Positions 30,401-40,931 of a stretch of DNA of 64,000 nucleotides are shown here, one piece after another. Each line of letters starts with the position of its first letter. The stretch's first letter is position 1. The translations under genes were made by a program, and so were the position numbers. The notes under the pieces are model-generated. The model was not told the origin of the DNA and searched no databases. It saw nothing but the letters and a program-made list of their open reading frames with translations. Origin of the DNA: the human T2T-CHM13v2.0 reference genome, Homo sapiens; the NCBI RefSeq assembly GCF_009914755.1, contig NC_060930.1. One strand, given 5' to 3'.

Positions 30401-32588
30401 AAACCAGCAGGCATTGGGGTCCTATCTTTACTCTCCTGAAACAAAATAACTGTCAGGAAAAAAGTTTGTATCCAGCAAAATTAAGCTTCATAAATGAAGG
30501 CGAGATAGTCTGTTTTAGACAAACAAATGCTGAGATAATTTGCCACTACTAAGCCAGCACTACAAGAAATGCTAAAAAAGTTCTAAATCTTAAAACCTCG
30601 AAATGCACCAAAATAGAACCTCCTTAAAGCATAAATCTCACAGGGCCTATAAAACAACACAATGAAAACAAAACAAAAGCCCAAGGTATTCAGGCAACAA
30701 CTAGCATGATGAATAGAACAGTACCTCACATCTCAGTACTAACATTGAATGTAAATGGCCAAAATGCTCCACTTAAAAGATACAGAATAGCAGAATGGAT
30801 AAAAATCCACCAACCAAGTATCCTATCTGTTGTCTTCAAGAGACTCAACTAACACATAAGGACTCAAATAAACTCCAGGTAAAGAGGTGAAAAAAGATAT
30901 TCCATGCAAATGAACACCAAAAGTGAGCAGGAGTGGCTATTCTTATATTAGACAAAACAGACTTTAAAGCAACAATGGTAAAAAAAAAGAAAGAAAAGGA
31001 GAGACATTATACAATGATAAAAGGATTAGTCTCCAACAGGAAAATATCACAATCCTAAATACATGCACCTAGCACTGGAGCTCCCAAATTTATACAACAA
31101 TTACTACTAGACCTAAGAAACGAGATAGATGGCAACACCATAATAGTGGGGGACTTCAATACTCCATTGACAGCACTGGACAGGTCATCAAGACAGAAAG
31201 TCAACAAAGAAACAATGGACTTAAACTATACCCTAGAACAAATGGACTTAACAGATATTTACACAACATTCTACCCAACAACTGCAGAATATACATTCTT
31301 TTCATCAGCACATGTAACATTCTCCAAGACAGACCATAAGATAGGTCACAAAACAAGTCTCAATAAATTTAAGATAACTGAAATTATATCAAGTACTTTC
31401 TCAGACCACAGTGGAATAAAATTGAAAATTAACTCCAAAAGGAACCCTCCAAACCATACAAATACATAGAAATTAAATTATCTACTCCTGAATGATCTTT
31501 GGGTCAACAATGAAATCAAGATGGAAATTAAAAAGTTCTTTGAATTGAATGATGATAGTGACACAACCTATCAAAACCTCTGGGATACAGCAAAAGCGGT
31601 ACTAAGAGGAAAGTTCATAGCATTAAACGCCTACATCAAAAAGTCTGAAAGAGCACAAACAGACAATCTAAACTCGCACCCCAAGAAACTAGAGAAACAA
31701 CAACAAACCAAACCCAAACCCTGCAGAAAAGAAATAACAAAGATCAGAGCAGAACTAAACGAAATTGAAACAAACAAAAAGCAATACAAAAGATAAATAA
31801 AACGAAATGCTGGTTCCTTGAAAAGGTTAAAAAAAATTGACAGACCGTTAGTGAGATTAACCAAAAAAGAAGAAAGAGAGAAGAATCAAACAAGCTCAAG
31901 TAGAAATGAAATGGGAGATACTACAACTGATACCACAGAAATACAAAAAAATCATTCAATGCTACTATGAATAACTTCAGGCACACAAACTAGAAAACCT
32001 AGAGGAGAGGGATAAATTCCTGGAAATATACAACCCTCCTAGATTAAACCAGGAAGAAACAGAAACTCTGAACAGACCAATAACAAGTAGTGAGATTGAT
32101 ATAGTAATAAAAAAAATTGCCAACAAAAAAAGTCCAGGACCAGATGGATTCACAGCTAAATTCTATCACATATTCAAAGAGTTGGTACCAATCCTACTGA
32201 AACTATTCCAAAAGATAAAGAGGGAATCCTCCCTAAATCATTCCCTGAAACCATTATTGCCCTAATATTAAAACCAGGGAAGGACATAACAAAAAAGAAA
32301 ACTATAGACCAATATCTCTGATGAACACAGATGCAAAAAATCCTCAACAAAATACTGTGTAACTGAATCCAACAGCATATTTAAAAGGTAATACATCACT
32401 TTCAAGTGGCTTTCATACCAGAGATGCAGGGTTGGTTTAACATATGCAAGTTAATAAATGTGATACACCACATAAACAGAATTAAAAACAAAAACCATAT
32501 CAATGGATCCAGAAAAAGCATTTGACAAAATCTAGCATTCCTTGTGATTACAACCCTAGGCAAAATCGGCATAGAGGAAACACACCTT
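27425..32588 (+). mobile_element. L1PB-type LINE-1, 5' part (5' UTR, ORF1, ORF2 endonuclease to start of RT), degenerate
   Basis: ORF1 remnants (PRHIVIRLSKV, YKGKPIRLTA, YPAKLSF); ORF2 [24 protein letters not shown]. Interrupted by MLT2A2 and HERV-E. 5' boundary approximate. Confidence 0.88.
28979..29524 (+). mobile_element. MLT2A2 (HERV-L) solo LTR inserted in the L1PB 5' UTR
   Basis: TGTGATGGTTAATATTGAGTGTCAACTTGATTGGATTGAAGG...AGAACCCTGACATACA, ~546 bp, TG...CA ends, AATAAA near 29458. Confidence 0.85.
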
Positions 32589-33022
32589 TAAGGAAGTAGA
32601 CCACCTCTCCCATTGTCTCCTATTTCATGAGAAAGCAAAAGGTTAAAAGAAGAAGTGAGATCAATAGCCAGATGGCTTGGTGCCAAGAACCGTGCCTGGT
32701 AGTTAAACATCAACTCCTGACCTAACCGCTTGTGGATTCCAGACATTGTATGAGGAAGACTTGTGAAACTTTCTGTTCTGTTCTGCTAGCCCCCATCACT
32801 GATGCATGTAGCTCTCAGTCACGTAGCCCCCACTTGCACAATGTATCATGACCCTTTCACATGGACCCCTCAGAGTTGTAAGCCCTTAAAAGGGACAGGA
32901 ATCTTTACTTTGGGGAGCTCAGATCATGAGATGCGAGTCTACCAATGCTCCCAGCTGATTAAAGCCTCTTCCTTCATAAAACCAGTGTCCGAGAGGTTTT
33001 GTCTGCAACCATTCCTGCTACA
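32589..33022 (+). repeat. HERV-E 5' LTR (LTR2 family, LTR2C-like), 434 bp
   Basis: TAAGGAAG...CCTGCTACA; direct repeat of 40932-41380. TATA-like CTTAAAA at 32885-32891, ATTAAA at 32958-32963. Confidence 0.95.
32820..32825 (-). promoter_or_regulatory. Hypoxia response element core TACGTG in 5' LTR U3
   Basis: Plus-strand CACGTA is RCGTG on the minus strand, ~60 bp upstream of the TATA-like box. Consistent with reported HIF-2alpha control of this LTR in VHL-deficient renal carcinoma (recalled). Confidence 0.75.
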
Positions 33023-33058
33023 TTTCTTGGTTCCCTGACCTGGAAGCGAGGTGATTAG
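32963..33058 (+). CDS. AUG-less short frame across U5/PBS: SLFLHKTSVREVLSATIPATFLGSLTWKRGD*; contains CT-RCC-1 peptide ATFLGSLTWK (33017-33046)
   Basis: Hand translation between TAA (32960-32962) and TAG (33056-33058). Peptide recognised from literature as the HLA-A11 CT-RCC-1 antigen. Start codon unknown. Confidence 0.75.
   Translation, partial: SLFLHKTSVREVLSATIPATFLGSLTWKRGD
33028..33045 (+). promoter_or_regulatory. Primer binding site, tRNA-Glu
   Basis: TGGTTCCCTGACCTGGAA versus the complement of the tRNA-Glu(CTC) 3' end, TGGTTCCCTGACCGGGAA (17/18); 5 nt after the LTR end. Confidence 0.93.
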
Positions 33059-33285
33059 TGGACAGTTGAGGCAGCCTCTTAGGCGGCTTAGGCCTGCCCT
33101 GTGGAGCATCCCTGGGGAGGACTCCGGCGAGCTTAAGCAAAGCAGATCCTGGGAGCACTCTCGCGTAGGCAATTGCCCTGGTCAAATGCCTTGCCACAGC
33201 AGTGTGCGGCAGACCCCCGTGGAGAATTAACACAGCGGTTGAACACCGGGAAGGAATCGGCGATTGGAGTCTGGACATCTGGAAC

Positions 33286-33294
33286 ATGGTAAGA
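33286..33294 (+). promoter_or_regulatory. Proviral major splice donor ATG|GTAAGA
   Basis: Near-consensus donor between PBS and gag, the usual gammaretroviral position; GT at 33289-33290. Confidence 0.8.
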
Positions 33295-33616
33295 CTGGCC
33301 TTGGAACTTGCCCACTCCATCTGAGTGGAAGTGTGGGCTGATCACCCACAGCATGGCTTTCTTGGCACTTTGGTTTTGGTTTTCATTTTGACTAGATTTG
33401 AACTGTTTTGGTTTAGATTTCACTATTGACTTTTGGATTTGAACTGTTCTGGCTATGATTTCGGCTCTGACTTGGCTCAAATTGCTTGATGAATGAGTAA
33501 TTCCTTATCCATACTTTGATTTTAGTGTGAATTGCTTGGTGAGTGAGTGACCTTTTGCCCCTTTTTCCCTTCCCCCTTTGTGGTAAGAGTGTTGTTTTGT
33601 CTCCTGAGAGAGGAAA

Positions 33617-35207
33617 ATGTGTAAAATACAAAGTAAGCCTACCCTGTTAGGAACTATGTTAAAGAATTTCAAGAAAGGATTCAATGGGGACTATGGAATT
33701 GCTATGACACCTGGAAAGCTTAAGGCTTTATGTGAGATAGACTATCCAGCATTAGAGGTGAGATGGCCATCAGAAGGAAGCCTAGACAGGTCCCTAGTTT
33801 CAAAGGTATGGCACAAAGTAACTGATAAATCAGGACACCCAGACCAGTTACCATACATAGATACTTGGTTGCAGCTAGTTTTAGACCCCTCACAGTGGCT
33901 AAGAGGACAGGCTGCAGCAGTACTAGTAGCAAAGGGACAGATAGCCAAGGAAAAGTCTTGCTCCACCCGCCGAGGGAAGTCAGCTCCTACGGTTCTGTCC
34001 GACCCCACATCAGAGGATGCATGGCAGAAATGGCACCAATGGTGCCCCTCCTTACCAAGAAGAGAGGCTCCCCACATCGAAGCCCACAGCCCCTGAGCCT
34101 CTGCAAGGTGTGCACACCCCAAGGCCACCTAAAATAGACAAAAGAGGATATGAAGCTTGGGAGAAACCCCTCCCTTGGCAGCTTGCTTGCAACCTAAAAC
34201 TGGGACACAAATGCCCCTAAGAGAGCAACGGTATACTGGGGTAAATGAGGAGGGGCATATGGTAGGGGTGCCTTTGTGTACCAACCTTTTACCTCTGCCG
34301 ATCTCCTCAACTGGAAAAATAACATCCCATCCTATACAGAAAAGCTGCAAGCTCTGATTGACTTGCTCCAAACTATTATCCAAACTCATAACCCCACTTG
34401 GGCTGATTGCCACCAGTTGCTCATGTACCTCTTTAACACGGATGAGGGAGGAGAGTGCTCGAGGTAGCAACTAAGTGGCTGGAAGAGCATGTTCCAGCTG
34501 ATTATCAGAACCCCCAAGAGTATGTGAGGATCCAGCTACCAGGAACTGACCCTTAATAGGATCCAAACGAGACAGAGGGTATGCAAAGGCTAATGCGGTA
34601 TAGGGAAGCACTCTTAGAAGGGTTGAGGAGAGGAGCCCAAAAGGCCACAAACGTAAACAAGGTCTCCGAGGTTATCCAAGGAAAGCAAGAAAGTCCAGTG
34701 CAATTTTATGAGAGACTGTGTGAGGCCTATCGCATGTACACTCCCTTTGACCCAGACAGCCCTGAAAATCAGCGCATGATTAACATGGCCTTAGTTAGTC
34801 AAAGCGCAGAGGATATTAGGAGAAAGCTGAAGAAACGGGCTGGGTTTGCAGGTATGAATACGTCGCCAATTACTGGAAATAGCCAACCAAGTGTTTGTAA
34901 ATACAGATGCAGCAAGCCGCAGAGAGAGCCGCAAAGAAGGTGAATGCCAACCCGGTGAAATGCTGACCTACTAGCTGCAGCTATTAGAGGGGTCCCCCTG
35001 AAAGGACAAGGGAATGGGGGCTCCAGGAAAAATACCCAGTCTGACCGTCCACGCTTGCAACGTAACCAGTGCGCCTATTGTAAAGAGACAGGACATTGGA
35101 AAGATAAGTGCCCTCAGCTGAAAGAAAAGCAAGGTGGTTCAGAGCAAAAGACCCCAGACAAGGACGAAGGAGCCTTGTTCAATCTGGCTGAGGGGTTATT
35201 GGACCGA
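33617..35207 (+). pseudogene. gag: HERV-E gag (MA-CA-NC), multiply frameshifted/stopped
   Basis: MA-like MCKIQSKPT...WPSEGSLD...HPDQLPYIDTW; CA YQPFTSADLLNWK; major homology region VIQGKQESPVQFYERLCEAY; zinc knuckle CAYCKETGHWKDKC. Pieces lie in different frames. Confidence 0.92.
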
Positions 35208-38200
35208 AGGGGACCAGGCTCACGTGCCCCCAAGGAGCCCATGGTCAGAATGACAGTTGGGGGCAAGGACATTAAGTTTCTGGTCAATACTGGTGCTGAA
35301 CATTCAGTAGTGACCACCCCGGTCGCCCCCTTGTCTAAAAAGGCTATTGATATAATTGGAGCAACAGGAGTTTTGACAAAGCAGGCTTTCTGTTTGCCCC
35401 GGACCTGCTCGGTGGGGGGACATGAAGTGATTCACCAGTTCCTGTACATCCCTGACTGCCCCTTGCCTTTGTTAGGAAGGGACCTGCTTAGCAAGCTGAG
35501 AGCTATCTTCCTTTACCAAGCAAGGCTCTTTACAACTGAAGTTGCCTGGAACAGGAGTTATCATGGCCCTGACAGTTCCCCGAGAGGAAGAGTAGCGACT
35601 CTTCCTAACCAAACCAGGCAAAGAGATAGGGCCAGCTCTGGCCCAGTGGTGGCCAAAAGTATGCGCAGAAGACAACCCTCCTGGATTGGCAGTCAATCAA
35701 GCTCCTGTACTCAGGGAAGTTAAGCCAGAGGCCCAGCCAGTCAGGCAAAACCAGTATCCAGTCCCCAGAGAAGCCCTGGAAGGTATCCAGGTTCATCTTA
35801 AGCACCTGAGGACTTTTGGAATTATAGTGCCTTGTCAGTCTCCATGGAACACCCCCCTCCTACCTGTTCCCAAGCCAGGGACCAAGGACTACAGGCCAGT
35901 ACAGGACTTGCGATTGGTCAATCAAGCCACAGTGACTTTCCATCCAACAGTACCTAACCCGTACACATTGTTGGGGTTATTGCCAGCTAAGGACAGCTGG
36001 TTCACCTGCCTAGACCTGAAGGACGCCTTCTTTAGCATCAGATTAGCTCCAGAGAGCCAGAAACTGTTTGCCTTTCAGTGGGAGGATCCGGGGTCAGGTG
36101 TCACCACTCATTACACTTGGACCCGGCTTCCCCAGGGGTTCAAGAACTTCCCCCACCATCTTTGGGGAGGCACTGGCTCGAGACCTCCAAAAGTTTCCTG
36201 CCAGAGACCTAGGCTGCGTGTTGTTCCAGTACATCGACAACCTCCTGCTGGGACGCCCCATGGCAGTCGGGTGCGTCAAAGGAACAGACGCCCTGCTTCA
36301 GCACCTGGAGGACTATGGGTATAAGGTGTCCAAGAAGAAAGCTCAGATCTGCAGACAGCAGGTACGCTACCTGGGATTTACTATCCGACAGCGGGAGTGC
36401 AGCCTAGGATCAGAAAGAAAGCAGGTCATTTGCAACCTACTGGAGCCTAAGACCAGAAGGCAGTTGAGAGAATTATTAGGAGCTGTGGGGTTCTGCAGGT
36501 TATGGATCCCAAATTTTGCAGTACTGGCCAAACCTCTGGTACCAAGTTACAAAGGGGGGTGACATGGAACCATTTGAATGGGGGTCCCAACAGCAACAGG
36601 CTTTTCATGAGTTAAAAGAAAAACTCATGTCAGCCCCAGCCCTGGGTCTACCTGACCTGACAAAGCCATTTACATTGTATGTGTCAGAAAGAAAAAAAAT
36701 AGCAGTCGGAGTTTTAACCCAAGACGTAAGGCCGTGGCTGAGGCCTGTGGCCTACCTCTCTAAACAGCTAGACAGAGTTTCTAAAGGTTGGCCCCCGTGT
36801 TTGAGGGTCTTAGCACCAACTGCCCTGCTAACACAAGAAGTGGATAAACTAACTCTTAGGCAAAACTTAAACATAAAGGCCCCTCATGCAGTGGTGACTT
36901 TAATGAATACCAAAGGACATCACTGGCTGACAAATGCCAGACTAACCAAGTACCAAAGCCTGCTCTGTGAAAATCCCCATATAACCACTGAAGTTTGTAA
37001 CAATGAACCCCGCCACTGCTTCTGGTATCAGAGAGCCCAGTTGAACATAACTGTGTAGAGGTGTTGGACTAAGTTTATTCTAGCAGACCGGACCTCCGGG
37101 ACAAACCTTGGATGTCTGTAGACTGGGAGCTGTATGTGGACGGAAGCAGCTTCATTAACCCACAGAGAGAGATGTCCGCTGGATATGCAGTGGTAAACCT
37201 TGGACACTGTTATTGAAGCCAAATCGCTGCCTCAGGGAACTTCAGCCCAGAAGGCCGAACTCATTGCTTTAACTCAGGCCTTAGAGCTAAGTGAAGGTAA
37301 GACTGTAAACATTTATACTGACTCTCGGTATGCCTTTTTAACCCTCCAAGTGCATGGGGCATTATACAAAGAAAAAGGCCTATTGAACTCAGGGGGAAAG
37401 GACATTTAGTATCAGCAAGAAATTTTACAGTTATTAGAAGCAGTATGGAAGCCTCGGAGGGTGGCAGTAATGCATTGTAAAGGACATCAGTGAGTCACCA
37501 CTTCTGTTGCCTTAGGGAATTCTGGAGCAGACTCCTAAGCTCGCAGAGCAGCATCCACTCCCTTCCGAGCATCAGTCACGGCCCCTCTGCTCTCTCAGGC
37601 ACCGCATCTAGTGCCTACTTATTCTAAAGAGGAAAGAGACTTTTTCAAGGCAGAAGGGGGGCAAGTGATAAAGGAAGGATGGATCTGGTTACCAGACAGA
37701 AGAGTAGCCATGCCACAGCTACTAGGGGCCACAGTTGTGCTGGCTGTGCATGAGACCACCCATCTAGGCCAAGAGTCACTTGAAAAGTTGTTAGGCTGGC
37801 ACTTCTACATTTCATGTCTTGTCGGCCCTTGCCAAAACAGTAACAGCAATGTGTCACCTGCCAGCAGCAAAATGCTAGGCAGGGTCCAACCATCCCGCTC
37901 AGCATACAAGCTTATGGAGCAGCCCCCTTTGAAGATCTCCAAGTAGACTTCACCGAGATGCCCAAATGTGGAGGTAACAAGTATCTGCTGGTTCTAGTGT
38001 GTACATACTCTGGGTGGGTAGAGGCTTATCCAACACGAACTGAGAAAGCTCGTGAAGTAACCCGTGTGCTTCTTCGAGATCTCATCCCTAGGTTTGGACT
38101 GCCCTTACGGATTGGCTCAGACAATGGGCCGGCATTTGTGGCTGACTTGGTACAGAAGACGGCAAAGGTATTGGGGATCACATGGAAACTGCATGCCAAC

Positions 38201-38816
38201 TACCAACCTTGGAGTTCCGGAAAGGTGGAGTGAATGAATCGGACTATAAAAAATAGCTTAGGGAAAGTGTGTCAAGAAACAGGATTAGGCTTAGGGAAAG
38301 TGTGTCAAGAAATGGGTACAGGCTCTCCCCACAGTATTGTTTAAAATCAGGTGTACTCCTTCTAAAAGAACAGGATATTCCCCTTATGAGATATTGTATC
38401 ATAGACCCCCTCCCATATTACGAGGACTTCCAGGCACTCCTCAGGAGCTAGGAGAAATTGAGCTGCAATGACAGCTACAGGCTTTAGAAAAAGTTACACA
38501 AACAATTTCAGCTTGGGTAAATGAGAGATGCCCCATTAGCTTATTCTCCCCAGTTTACCCTTTCTCCCCAGGTGATCGAGTGTGGATCAAAGACTGGAAC
38601 ATAGCCCCTTTGTGGCCACGGTGGAAAGGATGCCAGACCATCATCCTGACCACTCCCACCACCATGAAGGTAGAAGGAATTCCGGCCTGGATCCACCACA
38701 GCCACGTGAAACCCACAGCACCTGAGACCTGGGAGGTGAGACCAAGCCCGGACAATCCCTACAAAGTGACTCTGAAAAAGACAACAAGCCCTGCTCCAGT
38801 CACACCTGGAAGCTGA
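35208..38816 (+). pseudogene. pol: HERV-E pro-pol (protease, RT, RNase H, integrase), disrupted
   Basis: PR FLVNTGA and LLGRDLL; RT SPWNTPLLPV, YRPVQDLR, DLKDAFF, LPQG, YIDN; RNase [20 protein letters not shown]; IN HETTH, SDNGPAF, GKVE, WIHHSHVKP. Several frameshifts and stops. Confidence 0.93.
38541..38571 (+). promoter_or_regulatory. Probable env splice acceptor
   Basis: TTATTCTCCCCAGTTTACCCTTTCTCCCCAG|G, a long pyrimidine tract ~250 bp upstream of env. Confidence 0.65.
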
Positions 38817-39313
38817 CTGGTCTATGCACAGCCAAAGCATAAGGAAACTCATCGTGGGACTCATTTTTCTCAAAATTTGGACTTGTTCAATAAGAACTTC
38901 AGCTGATTTTCCCCACATGGAGGACTGTACCCAGTGTATTCATCAGGTTACAGAGGTAGGGCAACAAGTTAAAATAACCTTTCTGTTTTATAGTTATTAT
39001 GAATGTCTAGGAATTTTGAAAGGGATCTGCTTATATAATGCCACTCAGTATAATGTGTGTAGCCCAGGGAATGACCAACCTCATGTGTCTTACAACCTGT
39101 CTGAGCCTCCTATGACCACAGTTTTTGAAATAAGATTAAGAACTGAGGACTGGTGGGGACTCATGAAAGATACAAGTAAAGTAATACCAGAACAGAAGAA
39201 AAAGGAGCTCCCAAACAAGTCACCTTAAGATTTGATGCCTGTGCAGTCATTAATAGTAACAAGCTAGGGATGGGATGTGGTTCTCTCAGTCGGGGTGAAA
39301 AAAAAAGCTATAT

Positions 39314-39949
39314 ATGGCAGAAAATAAGTACATTTGTCATGAATTAGGACTATATGGTATTATTGAATGTAGTTATTGGTCCTATGTCATTTGGGCCACC
39401 TGGAAAAAGGATGAAAAAGACCCTGTTTGCCTACAAAAAGGAAAAAGTAATTCATCTTGCACCTCCGGTAACTGTAACCCATTAGAATTAATAATTACTA
39501 ACCCCCAGGATCCCCACTGGAAGACAGGAGAAAATGTAAACCTAGGAATTGATGGAACTGGGCTTGACCCCCGAGTCAACCTTTTAATCCAAGGGGAGAT
39601 CCACAAGCGCTCCCCCAAACCAGTGTTCCAGACCTTTTATGATGAACTAAATGTGCCAATACCAGAACTGCCAGGGAAGACAAAAGATTTGTTCCTGCAG
39701 TTAGCAGAAAATATAGCCCATTCCCTCAACATTACTTCCTGTTATGTATGCAGGGGAACTACTATGGGAGACCAATGGCCTTGGGAGGCCCGAGAATTAG
39801 TGCCCATGGATCCAGTTCCTGATATAATTCCAGTCCAGAAGGCCCACACTGGTAACTTTTGGGTCTTAAAAACCTCAATTATTGGGCAATACTGCTTAGC
39901 TAGAGAAGGAAAAGACTTCACCATCCCCGTAGGAAGCTCAATTGCCTAG
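39314..39949 (+). CDS. 211-aa ATG-initiated partial Env SU ORF
   Basis: ORF track; contains the CxxC motif (CYVC) and SLNITSCYV; lacks a signal peptide. Confidence 0.6.
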   Translation: MAENKYICHELGLYGIIECSYWSYVIWATWKKDEKDPVCLQKGKSNSSCTSGNCNPLELIITNPQDPHWKTGENVNLGIDGTGLDPRVNLLIQGEIHKRSPKPVFQTFYDELNVPIPELPGKTKDLFLQLAENIAHSLNITSCYVCRGTTMGDQWPWEARELVPMDPVPDIIPVQKAHTGNFWVLKTSIIGQYCLAREGKDFTIPVGSSIA

Positions 39950-40492
39950 GGCAAAAGCTGTATAACGGCACAAGAAGAACAGTCACCTGGTGGGGTCTAA
40001 ACCATATTGAGAAGAACCCATTTAGTAAGTTTACTAAGTTGCAAACTGTTTGGGCCCATCCAGAGTCTCACCAGGACTGGACGGCTCCAGCTAGACTATA
40101 CTGGATATGTGGACATAGAGCCTATGCCAAGCTACCTGATCAATGGGCAGGCAGTTGTGTCATTGGCACCATTAAGCCATCCTTTTTCCTGCTGCCCATA
40201 AAAACAGGTGATGAGCTCCTAGGCTTCCCTGTCTATGCTTCCTGAGAAAACAGAAGCATAGCCATAGGCAATTGGAAAGATGATGAGTGGTCCCGTGAAA
40301 GAATCATATAGTACTATGGGCCTGCCAACTGGGCACAAGATGGTTCGTGGGGATACCAAACCCCCATTTACATGCTCAACTGGATTATATGGTTCCAAGC
40401 TGTCTTAGAAATAATCACTAATGAAACTGGCAGAACTTTGACTGTTAGCCCGGCAAGAAACCCAGATAAGAAATGCTATTTATCAAAATAGA

Positions 40493-40906
40493 TTGGCCCT
40501 AGACTACTTGCTAGCAGTGGAAAGAGGGGTCTGTGGAAAATTCAACCTGACCAATTGCTGTCTGCATATAGATGACCAAGGCCAAGTAGTCGAAAACATC
40601 GTCAGAGACATGACAAAGCTAGCACATATGCCTGTGCAGGTTTGGCATGGATTTGATCCTGGGTCTGTATTTGGAAAATGGTTCCCAGCATTAGGATTTA
40701 AAACTCTTATAATAGGAGTAATAACAGTATTAGGAACCTGCTTGTTGCTCCCCTGCTTGCTGCCTTTGCTCCTTCAAATAATGAGAAGCTTTGTCACTAC
40801 TTTAATTCACCAAAATAGTTCAGCACAAGTGTATTACATGAATCACTATCGGTCTGTCTCGCAAAAAGACCTAGATAGTGAGGATGAAAGTGAAAATTCC
40901 CACTAA
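40493..40906 (+). CDS. Partial Env TM ORF (TTG start; later in-frame ATGs)
   Basis: ORF track; end of the immunosuppressive-domain-like segment, cysteine loop, membrane span and [10 protein letters not shown]. Confidence 0.55.
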   Translation: MALDYLLAVERGVCGKFNLTNCCLHIDDQGQVVENIVRDMTKLAHMPVQVWHGFDPGSVFGKWFPALGFKTLIIGVITVLGTCLLLPCLLPLLLQIMRSFVTTLIHQNSSAQVYYMNHYRSVSQKDLDSEDESENSH

Positions 40907-40919
40907 TAAGTGAGATTCT

Positions 40920-40931
40920 AAAAGGGGGGAA
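40920..40931 (+). other. Polypurine tract
   Basis: AAAAGGGGGGAA immediately before the 3' LTR. Confidence 0.9.

Larger units (their letters stand above)
38824..40906 (+). pseudogene. env: HERV-E env, split into several ORFs
   Basis: Signal-like RKLIVGLIFLKIWTC; SU CYVC; degenerate cleavage site with TGA at 40243-40245; [11 protein letters not shown]...[10 protein letters not shown] plus hydrophobic anchor. Confidence 0.92.

Noticed and set aside
32802-33038. 78-aa LTR ORF and its 3' LTR twin (41160-41366)
   Set aside because: The similarity only reflects LTR duplication, and the ATG lies upstream of the TATA-like box, so probably outside the transcript.
33133-39924. Minus-strand ORFs within the provirus as antisense genes
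   Set aside because: Short shadow frames of GC-richer coding sequence with no recognisable motifs.
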